A DNA stretch of 32,000 nucleotides from Ignicoccus hospitalis KIN4/I (GCF_000017945.1 NC_009776.1:420001-452000); one strand, 5' to 3'. Counted from the first letter of the stretch, positions 22,932 to 30,097 are shown. Notes: generated from the sequence alone by a model not told the origin. A program made the numbers and translations.

Positions 22932-23911
22932 TCTGCCCTAAGAAGATGCTCAACGGCCCTTGCGGAGGCGTGAGGGGAGAGCTCTGCGAGGTCGACGACT
23001 TCAAGTGCCCCTTCGTCGAGGCGTTTAGGAACTTAAGGAGCTCCGAGTACCTAAAGCCCTTGTTGGACCCCGGGTTCAAGGTGGGCTGCGAAGTCGTAGA
23101 GGTGGAGCCCTCCCCGTACGTCAAGAAGCTCGAGGACTTCGCGGTCTCGGCGGAGGTCGAACCTTGGGGGCCGGAGGAGCTGGAGAGGGCCTCGAAGTGG
23201 AGGGTGGACGCGCTGAACGTCACCGACAACCCCCTGGGCTTGCCCCACTTGGACTCGGTCTGGGCATCGGCCGCGCTGGCCTCCAAGGGAAAGGAGGTCA
23301 TAGCCCAGCTGACTTGTAGGGGGAGGACGAGGGAGGCGCTCGCTTCCTCCTTGCTCGCGCTTGATGCCTCTGGGGTCAACAACGTTTTAGCCTTGACGGG
23401 CGACTGGGCCCCCAACGCGGCCTTCGACCTAGACGCGGTGAGGCTCGTCTGCTTGGTACAAGCCTTGAGGAAAGGGGTCGACTGGGAGGGGAGAAAGACT
23501 AGGAGGGTAAGGCTTTCGGTGGGGGTGGCCTCCAACCCGTACTTCAGTTACGAAGAGAAGAGGCTCTTGAGGAAGGCCCACGCCGGGGCCCAGTTCGCCC
23601 AGACACAACCGGTGTTCAAGAAGGAACTGTTGTACAAGATAAAGAAATACCCCCTCCCCACCGTGCCCAGCCTCTTGCTCACCACCTCTAGGAAAGTGGT
23701 GAGGGCATTAATGGAGAGGGGAGTGGACGCGAAGGAGTTCTACGAGGAGCTGGTGAAGGCTAAGAGGGAAGGCAAGGCTGACGAGCTCGTGCTCAAGAAA
23801 TCCCTAGAGATGTACGAGGAGGCCTACTCGTCGGAGCTCCCCGGGGTACACTTGATGGCCCCCGGCAGGCCGGACTTGCTCGAGCGCTTCCTAGAGCTTT
23901 TGAGGCTTTAG
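22922..23911 (+). CDS. Methylenetetrahydrofolate reductase-like protein with N-terminal GPCGG Cys-rich (MetV / MTHFR_C-type) domain
   Basis: The N-terminus CPKKMLNGPCGGVRGELCEVDDFKCPF matches the GPCGG-motif domain. MetF-barrel motifs follow: ALNVTDNPLG, IAQLTCRGRTR, NVLALTGDW. The GTG start overlaps the pyrE end by 10 nt. Confidence 0.75.
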   Translation: MRVICPKKMLNGPCGGVRGELCEVDDFKCPFVEAFRNLRSSEYLKPLLDPGFKVGCEVVEVEPSPYVKKLEDFAVSAEVEPWGPEELERASKWRVDALNVTDNPLGLPHLDSVWASAALASKGKEVIAQLTCRGRTREALASSLLALDASGVNNVLALTGDWAPNAAFDLDAVRLVCLVQALRKGVDWEGRKTRRVRLSVGVASNPYFSYEEKRLLRKAHAGAQFAQTQPVFKKELLYKIKKYPLPTVPSLLLTTSRKVVRALMERGVDAKEFYEELVKAKREGKADELVLKKSLEMYEEAYSSELPGVHLMAPGRPDLLERFLELLRL

Positions 23912-23915
23912 TCCG

Positions 23916-24722
23916 ATGGGCCCTCGGGTAGGCGTTTTGGAGTGGCGCCCGAGACACTACATCAAGGTAACCGACTACGCCTCTAAGTCGGTTATTAAGG
24001 TGCTTCCCGCCGACAGCTTGCTCGACGCGGCCAACCTCATGATAAGGTTCAAAATAAGGCACTTGCCCGTTACCGACACAGAGGGCAGGGTGATAGGGCT
24101 AATAGGCATAAGGGACGTCGCGGACGCCTTGCTCAAGAAGGGGAGAGAGAGGCTGGAGGAGGAGAAGGTCGTCGACTGGATGAACGACCAGCCCGTGAAG
24201 GTGAGCGAGGACGTCTCGTTGCACAAGGCAGTGGAGTTGATGTTGGAGACCGGGGTAGGCTCCATAGTAATTACGGACGATATGGACGTAATAAAGGGGA
24301 TATTGAGCGAGAAGGACGTGGTCAAGTTCCTCTCCGTGGTACCCTCCATAGAGGCAGTAGCGAACGTGGCCTCGCCGATAAGCACCTACGTTTTGGCTGG
24401 GTCGTCGGTGAGGGAAGTGTTAGAACTGATGATGGAGCTATGGTCCAAGCACTTAGTTATGAGTAGGGAGGGCAAGGTGGTTGGCGTGATATCCATGCTA
24501 GACTTAGTGAAGAAGGCGCTGGAAGACGGCCTTTCGGCCCCGGCGGACGACGCGGTCAAGAGGACGGAAGTCCTACCCCCTGAGGCGCCCATCTCGCTCG
24601 CCGCCGCCATAATGGTATCCAAGAACAAGGAGGCGCTCTTGGTCGGGAGGAAGGAGCCGGACTCGATAGTTACTGAAAAGAACATGGTGAGGGGCGCCTT
24701 AGAGGTGCTGTCCAAGCTATGA
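23916..24722 (+). CDS. CBS-domain protein (four tandem CBS motifs, two Bateman modules)
   Basis: Four repeats of the CBS pattern, e.g. HLPVTDTEGRVIGLIGIRDV, GSIVITDDMDVIKGILSEKDV, HLVMSREGKVVGVISMLDLV and ALLVGRKEPDSIVTEKNMV. No other domain is present. Confidence 0.85.
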   Translation: MGPRVGVLEWRPRHYIKVTDYASKSVIKVLPADSLLDAANLMIRFKIRHLPVTDTEGRVIGLIGIRDVADALLKKGRERLEEEKVVDWMNDQPVKVSEDVSLHKAVELMLETGVGSIVITDDMDVIKGILSEKDVVKFLSVVPSIEAVANVASPISTYVLAGSSVREVLELMMELWSKHLVMSREGKVVGVISMLDLVKKALEDGLSAPADDAVKRTEVLPPEAPISLAAAIMVSKNKEALLVGRKEPDSIVTEKNMVRGALEVLSKL

Positions 24723-25285
24723 TCGTGGCGCTGGGAAGGGGGCTGGAGGCCTACATAATCTTCAAGGGCGAGGTCCTCGCCTTCGAGCCGGAGGGCGGGG
24801 AGGGGCTGTTCACGGGCTCCCCTCCCCGCTTCCTCAAGCCCTCCGGGGCCGGCTCCCGCGGGCCCTTCTCGTGGAGGCCGCTGGAGTTCGAAGGCCTTAG
24901 GGGAAGGGTTACCGGCTACGAGGTGCTAGTAGGGGGGACTAGAGTAGTATACGCGGGGGGAGCGAAGGAGCCCTTTTCGGTCGAAGCCGACGTGATCTTG
25001 GCCCCCGCCGGAGGGGGTTGGTACATGGACGCCAAGGGCTTCTGTAAAACCTTGAGGATGTCGAAGTTTAAGGTAGCAGTGCCCATAGCTGTTTGGAACC
25101 CCGGCACAAACCTCCCCCTTGAAGGAATAGAAGAAGTTAGGAACGAGTGCAGGGGGTTCAATAGGGTAAGGGCAATGGGGTCTTGGAAAGTTCATTTTAA
25201 GGGGGGAAAAGCGACAGTTGCCCTAATAGAGCCCGGGAGACCACAACTTATAATCAAAAAGCTTTTAAAGAGCGGGAGACTATAG
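24719..25285 (+). CDS. Hypothetical protein, possibly a degenerate metallo-beta-lactamase-fold protein lacking the His motif
   Basis: 188-aa ORF with an ATGA overlap to the CBS gene. ADVILAPAGGGWYMDAKGFCKTLRMSKFKVAVPI resembles the C-terminal part of Lactamase_B_3-type proteins, but no HxHxDH is present. Confidence 0.45.
   Translation: MIVALGRGLEAYIIFKGEVLAFEPEGGEGLFTGSPPRFLKPSGAGSRGPFSWRPLEFEGLRGRVTGYEVLVGGTRVVYAGGAKEPFSVEADVILAPAGGGWYMDAKGFCKTLRMSKFKVAVPIAVWNPGTNLPLEGIEEVRNECRGFNRVRAMGSWKVHFKGGKATVALIEPGRPQLIIKKLLKSGRL
25247..25254 (+). promoter_or_regulatory. TATA-like box for the HTH/C2H2 gene, embedded in the 3' end of the preceding ORF
   Basis: cttataat lies about 40 nt upstream of GTG 25293. 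It is followed by the 10-bp palindrome aaaagctttt (25257-25266). Confidence 0.35.
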
Positions 25286-25292
25286 TCACACG

Positions 25293-25745
25293 GTGGCCGG
25301 TTTGAACGCCGCCGATCAGAGAGCTAGGCTCGCGAAGGAGCGCCGAGCGGTGCTGGAGTACCTAGCGCTGAAGGCGCTGGCGAACAAGAAGAACGTCCTC
25401 CAAGCGCTGTACGAGTACTTGGTCCTCAACACCTCCCCCAGCGAGGCCGCTAAGAAGTACGGGATAAACAAGACCCAACTAAAGAGCACCGCCTACCAGC
25501 TGATGAGCAAGGGGAGGCCCGCTCTGGTGGTCAAGCTCATGAAGCTCGCTTGGCCCTACATAATGGAGATAGAGCCCTTAGTTGAGAACAACTACTGCAA
25601 GGCTTGCAACTCCGTGATCCACACTAACCACGCCGAACCCCACATAGCCGTGAGGCACCAAGACATAATACAGAAGACCGCCCTAGAGGTTGAGAGGAAG
25701 CTCAAGGAGGCCATAAAGGCGAAGAAGCAAGTGGTCCGCGCTTGA
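25293..25745 (+). CDS. Putative DNA-binding protein: HTH segment plus C2H2-type zinc finger
   Basis: SPSEAAKKYGINKTQLKSTAYQL is HTH-like. CKAC-x11-H-x4-H (YCKACNSVIHTNHAEPHIAVRH) fits a C2H2 finger. The C-terminal helix is basic. It has its own TATA-like box at 25247-25254. Confidence 0.5.
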   Translation: MAGLNAADQRARLAKERRAVLEYLALKALANKKNVLQALYEYLVLNTSPSEAAKKYGINKTQLKSTAYQLMSKGRPALVVKLMKLAWPYIMEIEPLVENNYCKACNSVIHTNHAEPHIAVRHQDIIQKTALEVERKLKEAIKAKKQVVRA

Positions 25746-25758
25746 GGAACACCCCGGT

Positions 25759-25763
25759 CTTTT
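25759..25763 (+). terminator. Short oligo-T tract after the HTH/C2H2 gene, at the start of a ~80-nt pyrimidine-rich spacer
   Basis: ctttt lies 14 nt after TGA 25743-25745. Confidence 0.2.
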
Positions 25764-25839
25764 CTCGCTCACACCCCAGTTTCACTTCCCTCCTCGCGCT
25801 CATTCCTCGCCCCGGACCTAAGGTGAAGAGGGGGCAGAA

Positions 25840-26418
25840 GTGACCTATACCGTAGTGGCGCGCAAGGGGGCGGAGTTGGCCTCCCTAACGGTTTCCCCCT
25901 CCCCCGGAGTGGGGAGGAGGGCCGTCTGGTGGGGCCCCAAGGGGGTGGTAGTGGTCCAAGGCTACTCCTCAAGGGAGCTCGCGAAGGCCGCCTACGAGAG
26001 GATAGACGACCCCGAGGAGGCGTTGGAGGTCGTGCTTAACGACCCCCTGGCGGGCTACCGCCAAGCGATAGTGGTGCCCCGGGAAGGTGAGGTGCAGAGC
26101 TTCACCGGGGTAGGTACCTTGCCGGCCAAGGGTTTCGTCAAGAGGAGGTTGGGGGAGTTGGAGCTTTATTGCATAGGCAACGGCCTCGCGAACGCAAAGG
26201 TCTTGACCTCCTCTTGCTCCACGAGCTCTAACGACGTACTCAAGGCGGTCTTCGAAGTCGCTCGGGTGGCGGAAGCTTACGGGGGCAACCGGCCCGGCTC
26301 CAAGAGCGCCGCGCTGGTTTACCTAGGCAATTTTAGCTTCTTCGAGGAGGTGCTTAAGTCCGAGTCCCCGGTCCACCGCTTGTGGGCGGAGCTGGTGGCT
26401 CCCACGCCCCTTTATTAG
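25840..26418 (+). CDS. DUF1028-family protein (Ntn-hydrolase fold)
   Basis: N-terminal MTYTVVARKG carries Thr2 as the potential nucleophile. YRQAIVVPREGEVQSFTG and GGNRPGSKSAALVY match the DUF1028 pattern. The GTG start is preceded by an aaggtgaagaggggg SD-like tract. Confidence 0.65.
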   Translation: MTYTVVARKGAELASLTVSPSPGVGRRAVWWGPKGVVVVQGYSSRELAKAAYERIDDPEEALEVVLNDPLAGYRQAIVVPREGEVQSFTGVGTLPAKGFVKRRLGELELYCIGNGLANAKVLTSSCSTSSNDVLKAVFEVARVAEAYGGNRPGSKSAALVYLGNFSFFEEVLKSESPVHRLWAELVAPTPLY

Positions 26419-26468
26419 TCCCGAGGGGGCCCTACAACGCATCGGGTGGTCCAGCGGTGAGGAGAGGA

Positions 26469-26681
26469 ATGACGGACCTAGCTATAATAGCGTTCGCGGT
26501 GGCGACCGCTACCTTCATGTTGTCCATGATAATGATAGGAGCAATGAACGCCCACATGAATCAGATGGAGAAGCAAGTGGAAGTCCTAAGCAAGAACTTG
26601 GACGCGATGAAGGTTCAAGTACAAGCGCTGAGGGCCCAGCTGGAGCAGCTGATAAAGTACAGCCCTCTCTACAACGGGTAA
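26469..26681 (+). CDS. Small membrane protein with a C-terminal coiled coil
   Basis: The ATG is preceded by a strong SD-like ggtgaggagagg. TM helix LAIIAFAVATATFMLSMIMIGA, then a heptad-like QMEKQVEVLSKNLDAMKVQVQALRAQLEQL. The track's longer form from 26382 overlaps DUF1028 and is rejected. Confidence 0.45.
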   Translation: MTDLAIIAFAVATATFMLSMIMIGAMNAHMNQMEKQVEVLSKNLDAMKVQVQALRAQLEQLIKYSPLYNG

Positions 26682-26723
26682 GGTTTTAACTGGTTACATA
26701 GTGGTCTTTTTCTGGACGGGAGC

Positions 26724-26936
26724 ATGAGTTTCTTCTTCTCCTTCATAAAGAAGGAGATTGAGGCCACCATAAAGGAAGCCGTGCTCCCCTTGGGGGAGTT
26801 GGAAAAGATCTACTCTTTTAAGGATGCTCAAGACTTAGACTCCAAAGCCTTGGCGATCGCTAAGGCCCTCGGCGTGGACGACGAGGAAGACTTGATTAAC
26901 GCTATAAAGAGGGCTCTCAGCGGAAAAGGGCGTTGA
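26724..26936 (+). CDS. Small hypothetical protein (70 aa), first gene of the overlap-coupled operon
   Basis: ATG-initiated ORF whose stop overlaps the next start (TTGA at 26933-26936). Helical, acidic sequence with no recognised family. Confidence 0.4.
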   Translation: MSFFFSFIKKEIEATIKEAVLPLGELEKIYSFKDAQDLDSKALAIAKALGVDDEEDLINAIKRALSGKGR

Positions 26937-27364
26937 AGAGGCTCTTGGGCTACGTCTCCTCGACCGCTTGCGAGGACTCATTGAAGTTGCACATAATATT
27001 TGAAGGCCCGCTGAAGGAGAAGCTCGCGAAGAAGGGCGTCGAAGTAGTGGACGCCTCAATAGACGCCATGGCCTTCGCGGACGTGCTCAGGAGCAAGGAA
27101 CCAGAAGAGGTCTTGCTCGTAGGAGTTAAGAAGAGGGGGAGGGCGCCGGGATTTTACTTGTGGAGGCCGGAGGAGCTGAAGGTCGAGGACACTTACGCCC
27201 TCTCCAAGCTCGCCCAAGCCACCCTGACGGGCTGGCTCGACGTGGACGCGCTGATAGACGGCCTCCGGGTGTTCGCCCCCGAGTACGTAAGTAGGATAAG
27301 GGTGCTCGAGTGCGAGCCCCCTTGCGGGGACTGGGAGAGGGCTTTGGAGGAGGTGTTGGAATGA
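26933..27364 (+). CDS. Degenerate (catalytically inactive) paralogue of hydrogenase maturation endopeptidase
   Basis: It aligns by eye with the next gene and with HybD/HycI. GVEVVDASIDAMAFADVL matches GVEVKDGDDMGLGLLGFL. EEVLLVGVKKRGRAPGFYLWRPEEL matches YDLVIFVDASPDVEDVEAFLIEAE. It lacks the GNxxxGDD motif, has Gly-Val in place of the Asp-Ala metal ligand, and has no equivalent His. Confidence 0.55.
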   Translation: MKRLLGYVSSTACEDSLKLHIIFEGPLKEKLAKKGVEVVDASIDAMAFADVLRSKEPEEVLLVGVKKRGRAPGFYLWRPEELKVEDTYALSKLAQATLTGWLDVDALIDGLRVFAPEYVSRIRVLECEPPCGDWERALEEVLE

Positions 27365-27903
27365 GGCGCGCGCTGGTCCTAGGGCTGGGGAACCGGAACC
27401 TCGGGGACGACGCCGTGGGCAGCTGCCTAGCCGAAGCCTTGGCGGCGAGGGCCCCGGAGGGGGTGGAAGTGAAGGACGGGGACGACATGGGCTTGGGCCT
27501 CTTGGGCTTCCTCGAGGGCTACGATTTGGTAATATTCGTGGACGCATCTCCGGACGTAGAGGACGTGGAGGCCTTCCTCATAGAGGCGGAAAAGGCGGAG
27601 TTGGAGGAAGCGAGGGAGATGGTCCAAGACAGCCACAAGGCCGGGCCCGTTGCGCTGGCGGTCCTAGCTAAGAAGTCCGGCCTATTTCAAGGGAAGGCTT
27701 ACTTCGTCGCCTTCAAGCCCGAGAGCTTGTGCTTTATGTGTAAGCCCTCCGAGGCCAGCTTGGAGAGGGCCCTGAAGGCGGCCGAACTCGTTAACAAACT
27801 GTTACAGAAGGAAGGCTTCCCCCAGTTCGACTTGGAGGGGCTTCGGCTCGACCTAATTAGGACGTGTGAGAAGTCCTCTGTCGAGGCGTCTTGGGCCGTT
27901 TGA
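27361..27903 (+). CDS. [NiFe]-hydrogenase maturation endopeptidase (HybD/HycI/FrhD family)
   Basis: All three metal-ligand contexts are present: LGLGNRNLGDDAVG, VIFVDAS and DSHKAGP. The ATG at 27361 overlaps the preceding stop (ATGA). The track's 27310 start adds a Gly/Arg-rich non-native leader. Confidence 0.85.
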   Translation: MRRALVLGLGNRNLGDDAVGSCLAEALAARAPEGVEVKDGDDMGLGLLGFLEGYDLVIFVDASPDVEDVEAFLIEAEKAELEEAREMVQDSHKAGPVALAVLAKKSGLFQGKAYFVAFKPESLCFMCKPSEASLERALKAAELVNKLLQKEGFPQFDLEGLRLDLIRTCEKSSVEASWAV

Positions 27904-28148
27904 CGAAGGTCGTTTTGGACGCGGTGAAACCGATAAAGGGACCCAGTATAGTGGACGTCTCCAAAGAATTAGCCGACGCCGGGGGAGTGGGGAAGGTCAT
28001 CATAAGGGTGGACGAGGTGGACGTGGGAAGCATAACTATGACCATAACTATAGAGGGTAACGACATAGACTTCGACAAGGTAGTAGACGTCCTCGAGAGG
28101 TTAGGGGTGGTGATCCACTCGATAGACGAGGCCGAGGCCGAGCCATGA
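27891..28148 (+). CDS. DUF211-family protein
   Basis: Matches the DUF211 pattern: RLTKVVLDAVKPIKGPSIVDVSKELA...VIIRVDEVDVGSITMTITIEGNDIDFDKVVDVLERLGVVIHSIDE. 85 aa. The TTG start overlaps the protease gene by 13 nt. Confidence 0.75.
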   Translation: MGRLTKVVLDAVKPIKGPSIVDVSKELADAGGVGKVIIRVDEVDVGSITMTITIEGNDIDFDKVVDVLERLGVVIHSIDEAEAEP

Positions 28149-29059
28149 GGTGTGCAGTCTGCGGAAAGAGGGTCGTGGCCAAGGACTACTCCGGGAGGCC
28201 GCTCTGCGAGGAACACTTCTTACAGAGCGTGGTGGAGAGGGCAGAGAAGGAGCTGGAGGGGGTAAACTCTAAGATTTTGCTCGCGGTCTCCGGCGGGAAG
28301 GACTCGTTAGTACTCATGGACGTGGTCGCCCAGCTGCGGGACCCGAAGGACTTGGTGGCGGCCACCGTGGTGGAAGGGGCCCCAGGAGGGTACAGAGTTA
28401 AGGAAGCTCAAGTCGCCAAAAGGTTCGCAGAAAAGCTCGGAATAAAACACATTACAATTACGTTTAAGGAGCTGTTCGGGAAGAGCTTAGAGGAGATGGT
28501 TGCCAAAGGGAAGCTCAGTCCTTGCACTTACTGCGGCGTCTTCCGCAGGAGGGCGCTGGAGGTCCTCGCTAGGAGGTTGGGCGCCGTGGTGGCGACCGGC
28601 CACACCTTGGACGACGAGGCCCACACGGCCCTCTTGAATTTGTTGAGGGGCTCTTGGGACGACCTCTTGAGGCTGAACGCCAAGAGCAGGATAAAACCGC
28701 TAAGAAAGGTCTACGAGAGGGAGGTGTCTATATACGCGTACATAAAGAAGTTCCCCTTCCAGAGCGAGGAGTGTCCGTACATAGTTAGGAGGCCCTCCCT
28801 GAGGGGGAGGCTGAGGGAGGAGCTCTTCGAGTACGAGAGGGAGAGGCCGGGGACGCTCTTCAAGTGGAGGGAGAGGTTCGAGGGGCTCGGGGAGCCGAAG
28901 AGGCGCTTCAAGCTCTGCGAGCGCTGCGGCTTCCCGACCTCCCCGAACCGGAGGGTCTGCAAGGTCTGCGAGCTGGCAGAGGAGGTGGGGGCCTCAGTGC
29001 CCAGACTCGAGGAGCATCTCCAAGTAGGTCTTCTCGACGACCTCGGCGTCCGGGAATAG
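28145..29059 (+). CDS. PP-loop ATP pyrophosphatase of the TtuA/Ncs6 (TtcA-superfamily) tRNA 2-thiolation type
   Basis: N-terminal Zn finger CAVCGKR...CEEH; PP-loop LLAVSGGKDS; Fe-S ligand Cys contexts SPCTYCG and EECPY; GHTLDDEAHT; C-terminal Zn finger CERCGFPTSPNRRVCKVCE. The ATG overlaps the DUF211 stop (ATGA). Confidence 0.85.
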   Translation: MRCAVCGKRVVAKDYSGRPLCEEHFLQSVVERAEKELEGVNSKILLAVSGGKDSLVLMDVVAQLRDPKDLVAATVVEGAPGGYRVKEAQVAKRFAEKLGIKHITITFKELFGKSLEEMVAKGKLSPCTYCGVFRRRALEVLARRLGAVVATGHTLDDEAHTALLNLLRGSWDDLLRLNAKSRIKPLRKVYEREVSIYAYIKKFPFQSEECPYIVRRPSLRGRLREELFEYERERPGTLFKWRERFEGLGEPKRRFKLCERCGFPTSPNRRVCKVCELAEEVGASVPRLEEHLQVGLLDDLGVRE

Positions 29060-29515
29060 GGACGCAAGCTCCTTGAGCTCCTCCGGCCCGGCCCCCTCCG
29101 ACTCTATCTCTACGAAGTAGCCGAGGCCCTCCACGTAGTCCAGAGTTATTGTGGCGCCCTTCGCCTTCCAGTACTCCCTCTTTTTCCTGACCACTGCGAC
29201 GGGCTTCAAGCAGAGCTTTTCTAAGAAGGCCTTTAGTTTCTCGCAGCTGCCCACTTCGGTCTCTATCTCCTCCCTCCCCTTAACGCCCTCGACGACCTTC
29301 TTGGGGCCCTTGTAGGTCAAGAAGCAACGGTCGCCCCTCCTCCTAAGCCTGACCGCCTCGTCCGTCTCGGCGAAGTTCCTACAACACCCCCCAACGCAGT
29401 CGAAGTTGAAGTAGACGTCCTCCTCTTCCGCCTCGCCCGCGAACTGGGCGAGGCCCTTGATCACCTCTCTGGCCCTTTCGGGGTCCCTAACGCGGAGCTT
29501 GACCTCGAGCTCCAA
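28994..29515 (-). CDS. CYTH-domain protein (CyaB-type class IV adenylyl cyclase / triphosphate tunnel metalloenzyme)
   Basis: N-terminal ExExK signature (M)ELEVKLRV. 173 aa with alternating charged beta-strands (RLRRRGDRCFLTYKGPK, ITLDYVEGLGYFVEIE). TTG start about 30 nt from the TATA-like box at 29541-29550. Confidence 0.8.
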   Translation of the reverse strand: MELEVKLRVRDPERAREVIKGLAQFAGEAEEEDVYFNFDCVGGCCRNFAETDEAVRLRRRGDRCFLTYKGPKKVVEGVKGREEIETEVGSCEKLKAFLEKLCLKPVAVVRKKREYWKAKGATITLDYVEGLGYFVEIESEGAGPEELKELASLFPDAEVVEKTYLEMLLESGH

Positions 29516-29540
29516 GCCTACCGCCGCCCCACCTTCATCC

Positions 29541-29550
29541 TTTATAATTT
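29541..29550. promoter_or_regulatory. TATA-like box in the divergent spacer between the CYTH gene and the Zn-ribbon/EF-1beta operon
   Basis: tttataattt lies about 30 nt from the CYTH start (29515) and about 38 nt from GTG 29583. Confidence 0.4.
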
Positions 29551-29582
29551 AGCCCTTTGCGCGCGGAGGGGGTGAGAGAGGA

Positions 29583-29777
29583 GTGGCCTCTGAGAGCTCT
29601 GTGGCCAGGCCGCCCGTGTGTAGCAGCTGCGGGAGGTTGGTGGTCCCCCTCGAGAAGGAAGTAGGGGTCCACTTCCGGTGCCCCAACTGCGGGGAAGTGA
29701 TCATCTGGCGCTGTCCCAAGTGTAGGAAGCAGAGCAAACCCTATAGGTGCCCCCGCTGCGGCTTCGAAGGACCTTAA
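29583..29777 (+). CDS. Zn-ribbon protein (COG2888-type, conserved neighbour of aEF-1beta)
   Basis: Four CxxC pairs: CSSCG, CPNCG, CPKCR, CPRCG. 64 aa. It lies directly upstream of EF-1beta, as in many archaea. The SD-like ggagggggtga precedes the GTG. Confidence 0.75.
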   Translation: MASESSVARPPVCSSCGRLVVPLEKEVGVHFRCPNCGEVIIWRCPKCRKQSKPYRCPRCGFEGP

Positions 29778-29780
29778 GAG

Positions 29781-30065
29781 GTGGTCGCGATGGTGAAAGT
29801 ATTAGTCGTAGCTAAGGTCTACCCGGACAGCGTGGAGAGGAACTTGGAAGAGATGGTAGAAAACATAAAGAAGAGCTTGCCGGAGGGGTACGAGCTCCTC
29901 CAGTACCAGAAGGTCCCGGTGGCCTTCGGCCTCAACTTGTTGAAGGTATACGTAGCCATGCCCGAGGAGACCGAAGGCGGCACGGAGAAGCTCGAAGAGG
30001 TGTTGAAGGGGGTCGAAGGGGTCAGTGAGGTAGAAATAGAAACGGTCCACAGGATGAGCTACTAG
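29781..30065 (+). CDS. ef1b: Translation elongation factor aEF-1 beta
   Basis: About 90 aa. KVLVVAKVYPDS...QKVPVAFGLNLLKVYVAMPEETEGGTEKLEEVLKGVEGVSEVEIETVHRM matches the archaeal EF-1beta guanine-nucleotide-exchange domain. Start is GTG 29781 or ATG 29790. Confidence 0.9.
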   Translation: MVAMVKVLVVAKVYPDSVERNLEEMVENIKKSLPEGYELLQYQKVPVAFGLNLLKVYVAMPEETEGGTEKLEEVLKGVEGVSEVEIETVHRMSY

Positions 30066-30073
30066 CGCTTTTT
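30066..30073 (+). terminator. Oligo-T tract directly after the EF-1beta stop
   Basis: cgcttttt begins 1 nt after TAG 30063-30065. Confidence 0.3.
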
Positions 30074-30097
30074 GGTATAACCGACGCGAGTACTCCC

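Noticed and set aside
22897-23535. 212-aa minus-strand ORF antisense to the MetF-like gene
   Set aside because: It is Ser/Thr/Leu-rich with no motifs. The sense frame has GPCGG and MetF barrel motifs.
26382-26468. 5' extension of the small membrane protein ORF (99-aa form starting at 26382)
   Set aside because: The extension overlaps the DUF1028 3' end and is Gly/Pro/Arg-rich. The ATG at 26469 has a strong SD-like ggtgaggagagg 8 nt upstream.
27310-27360. 5' extension of the hydrogenase protease ORF (197-aa form)
   Set aside because: The family N-terminus starts at MRRALVLGLGN (ATG 27361), which forms an ATGA overlap with the preceding stop. The extension is Gly/Arg-rich.
27056-27547. Minus-strand ORFs 27056-27547 (163 aa) and 27126-27488 (120 aa), opposite the protease paralogues
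   Set aside because: These are extremely Pro/Arg/Ser-rich antisense artefacts.
2877-29515. Apparent excess of TTG start codons (for example 2877, 4100, 4991, 10473, 10537, 13214, 13797, 18199, 21450, 21490, 26933, 27891, 29515)
   Set aside because: This is at least partly an artefact of longest-ORF calling. Several have plausible downstream ATG/GTG alternatives. It cannot be evaluated without N-terminal proteomics or TSS data.
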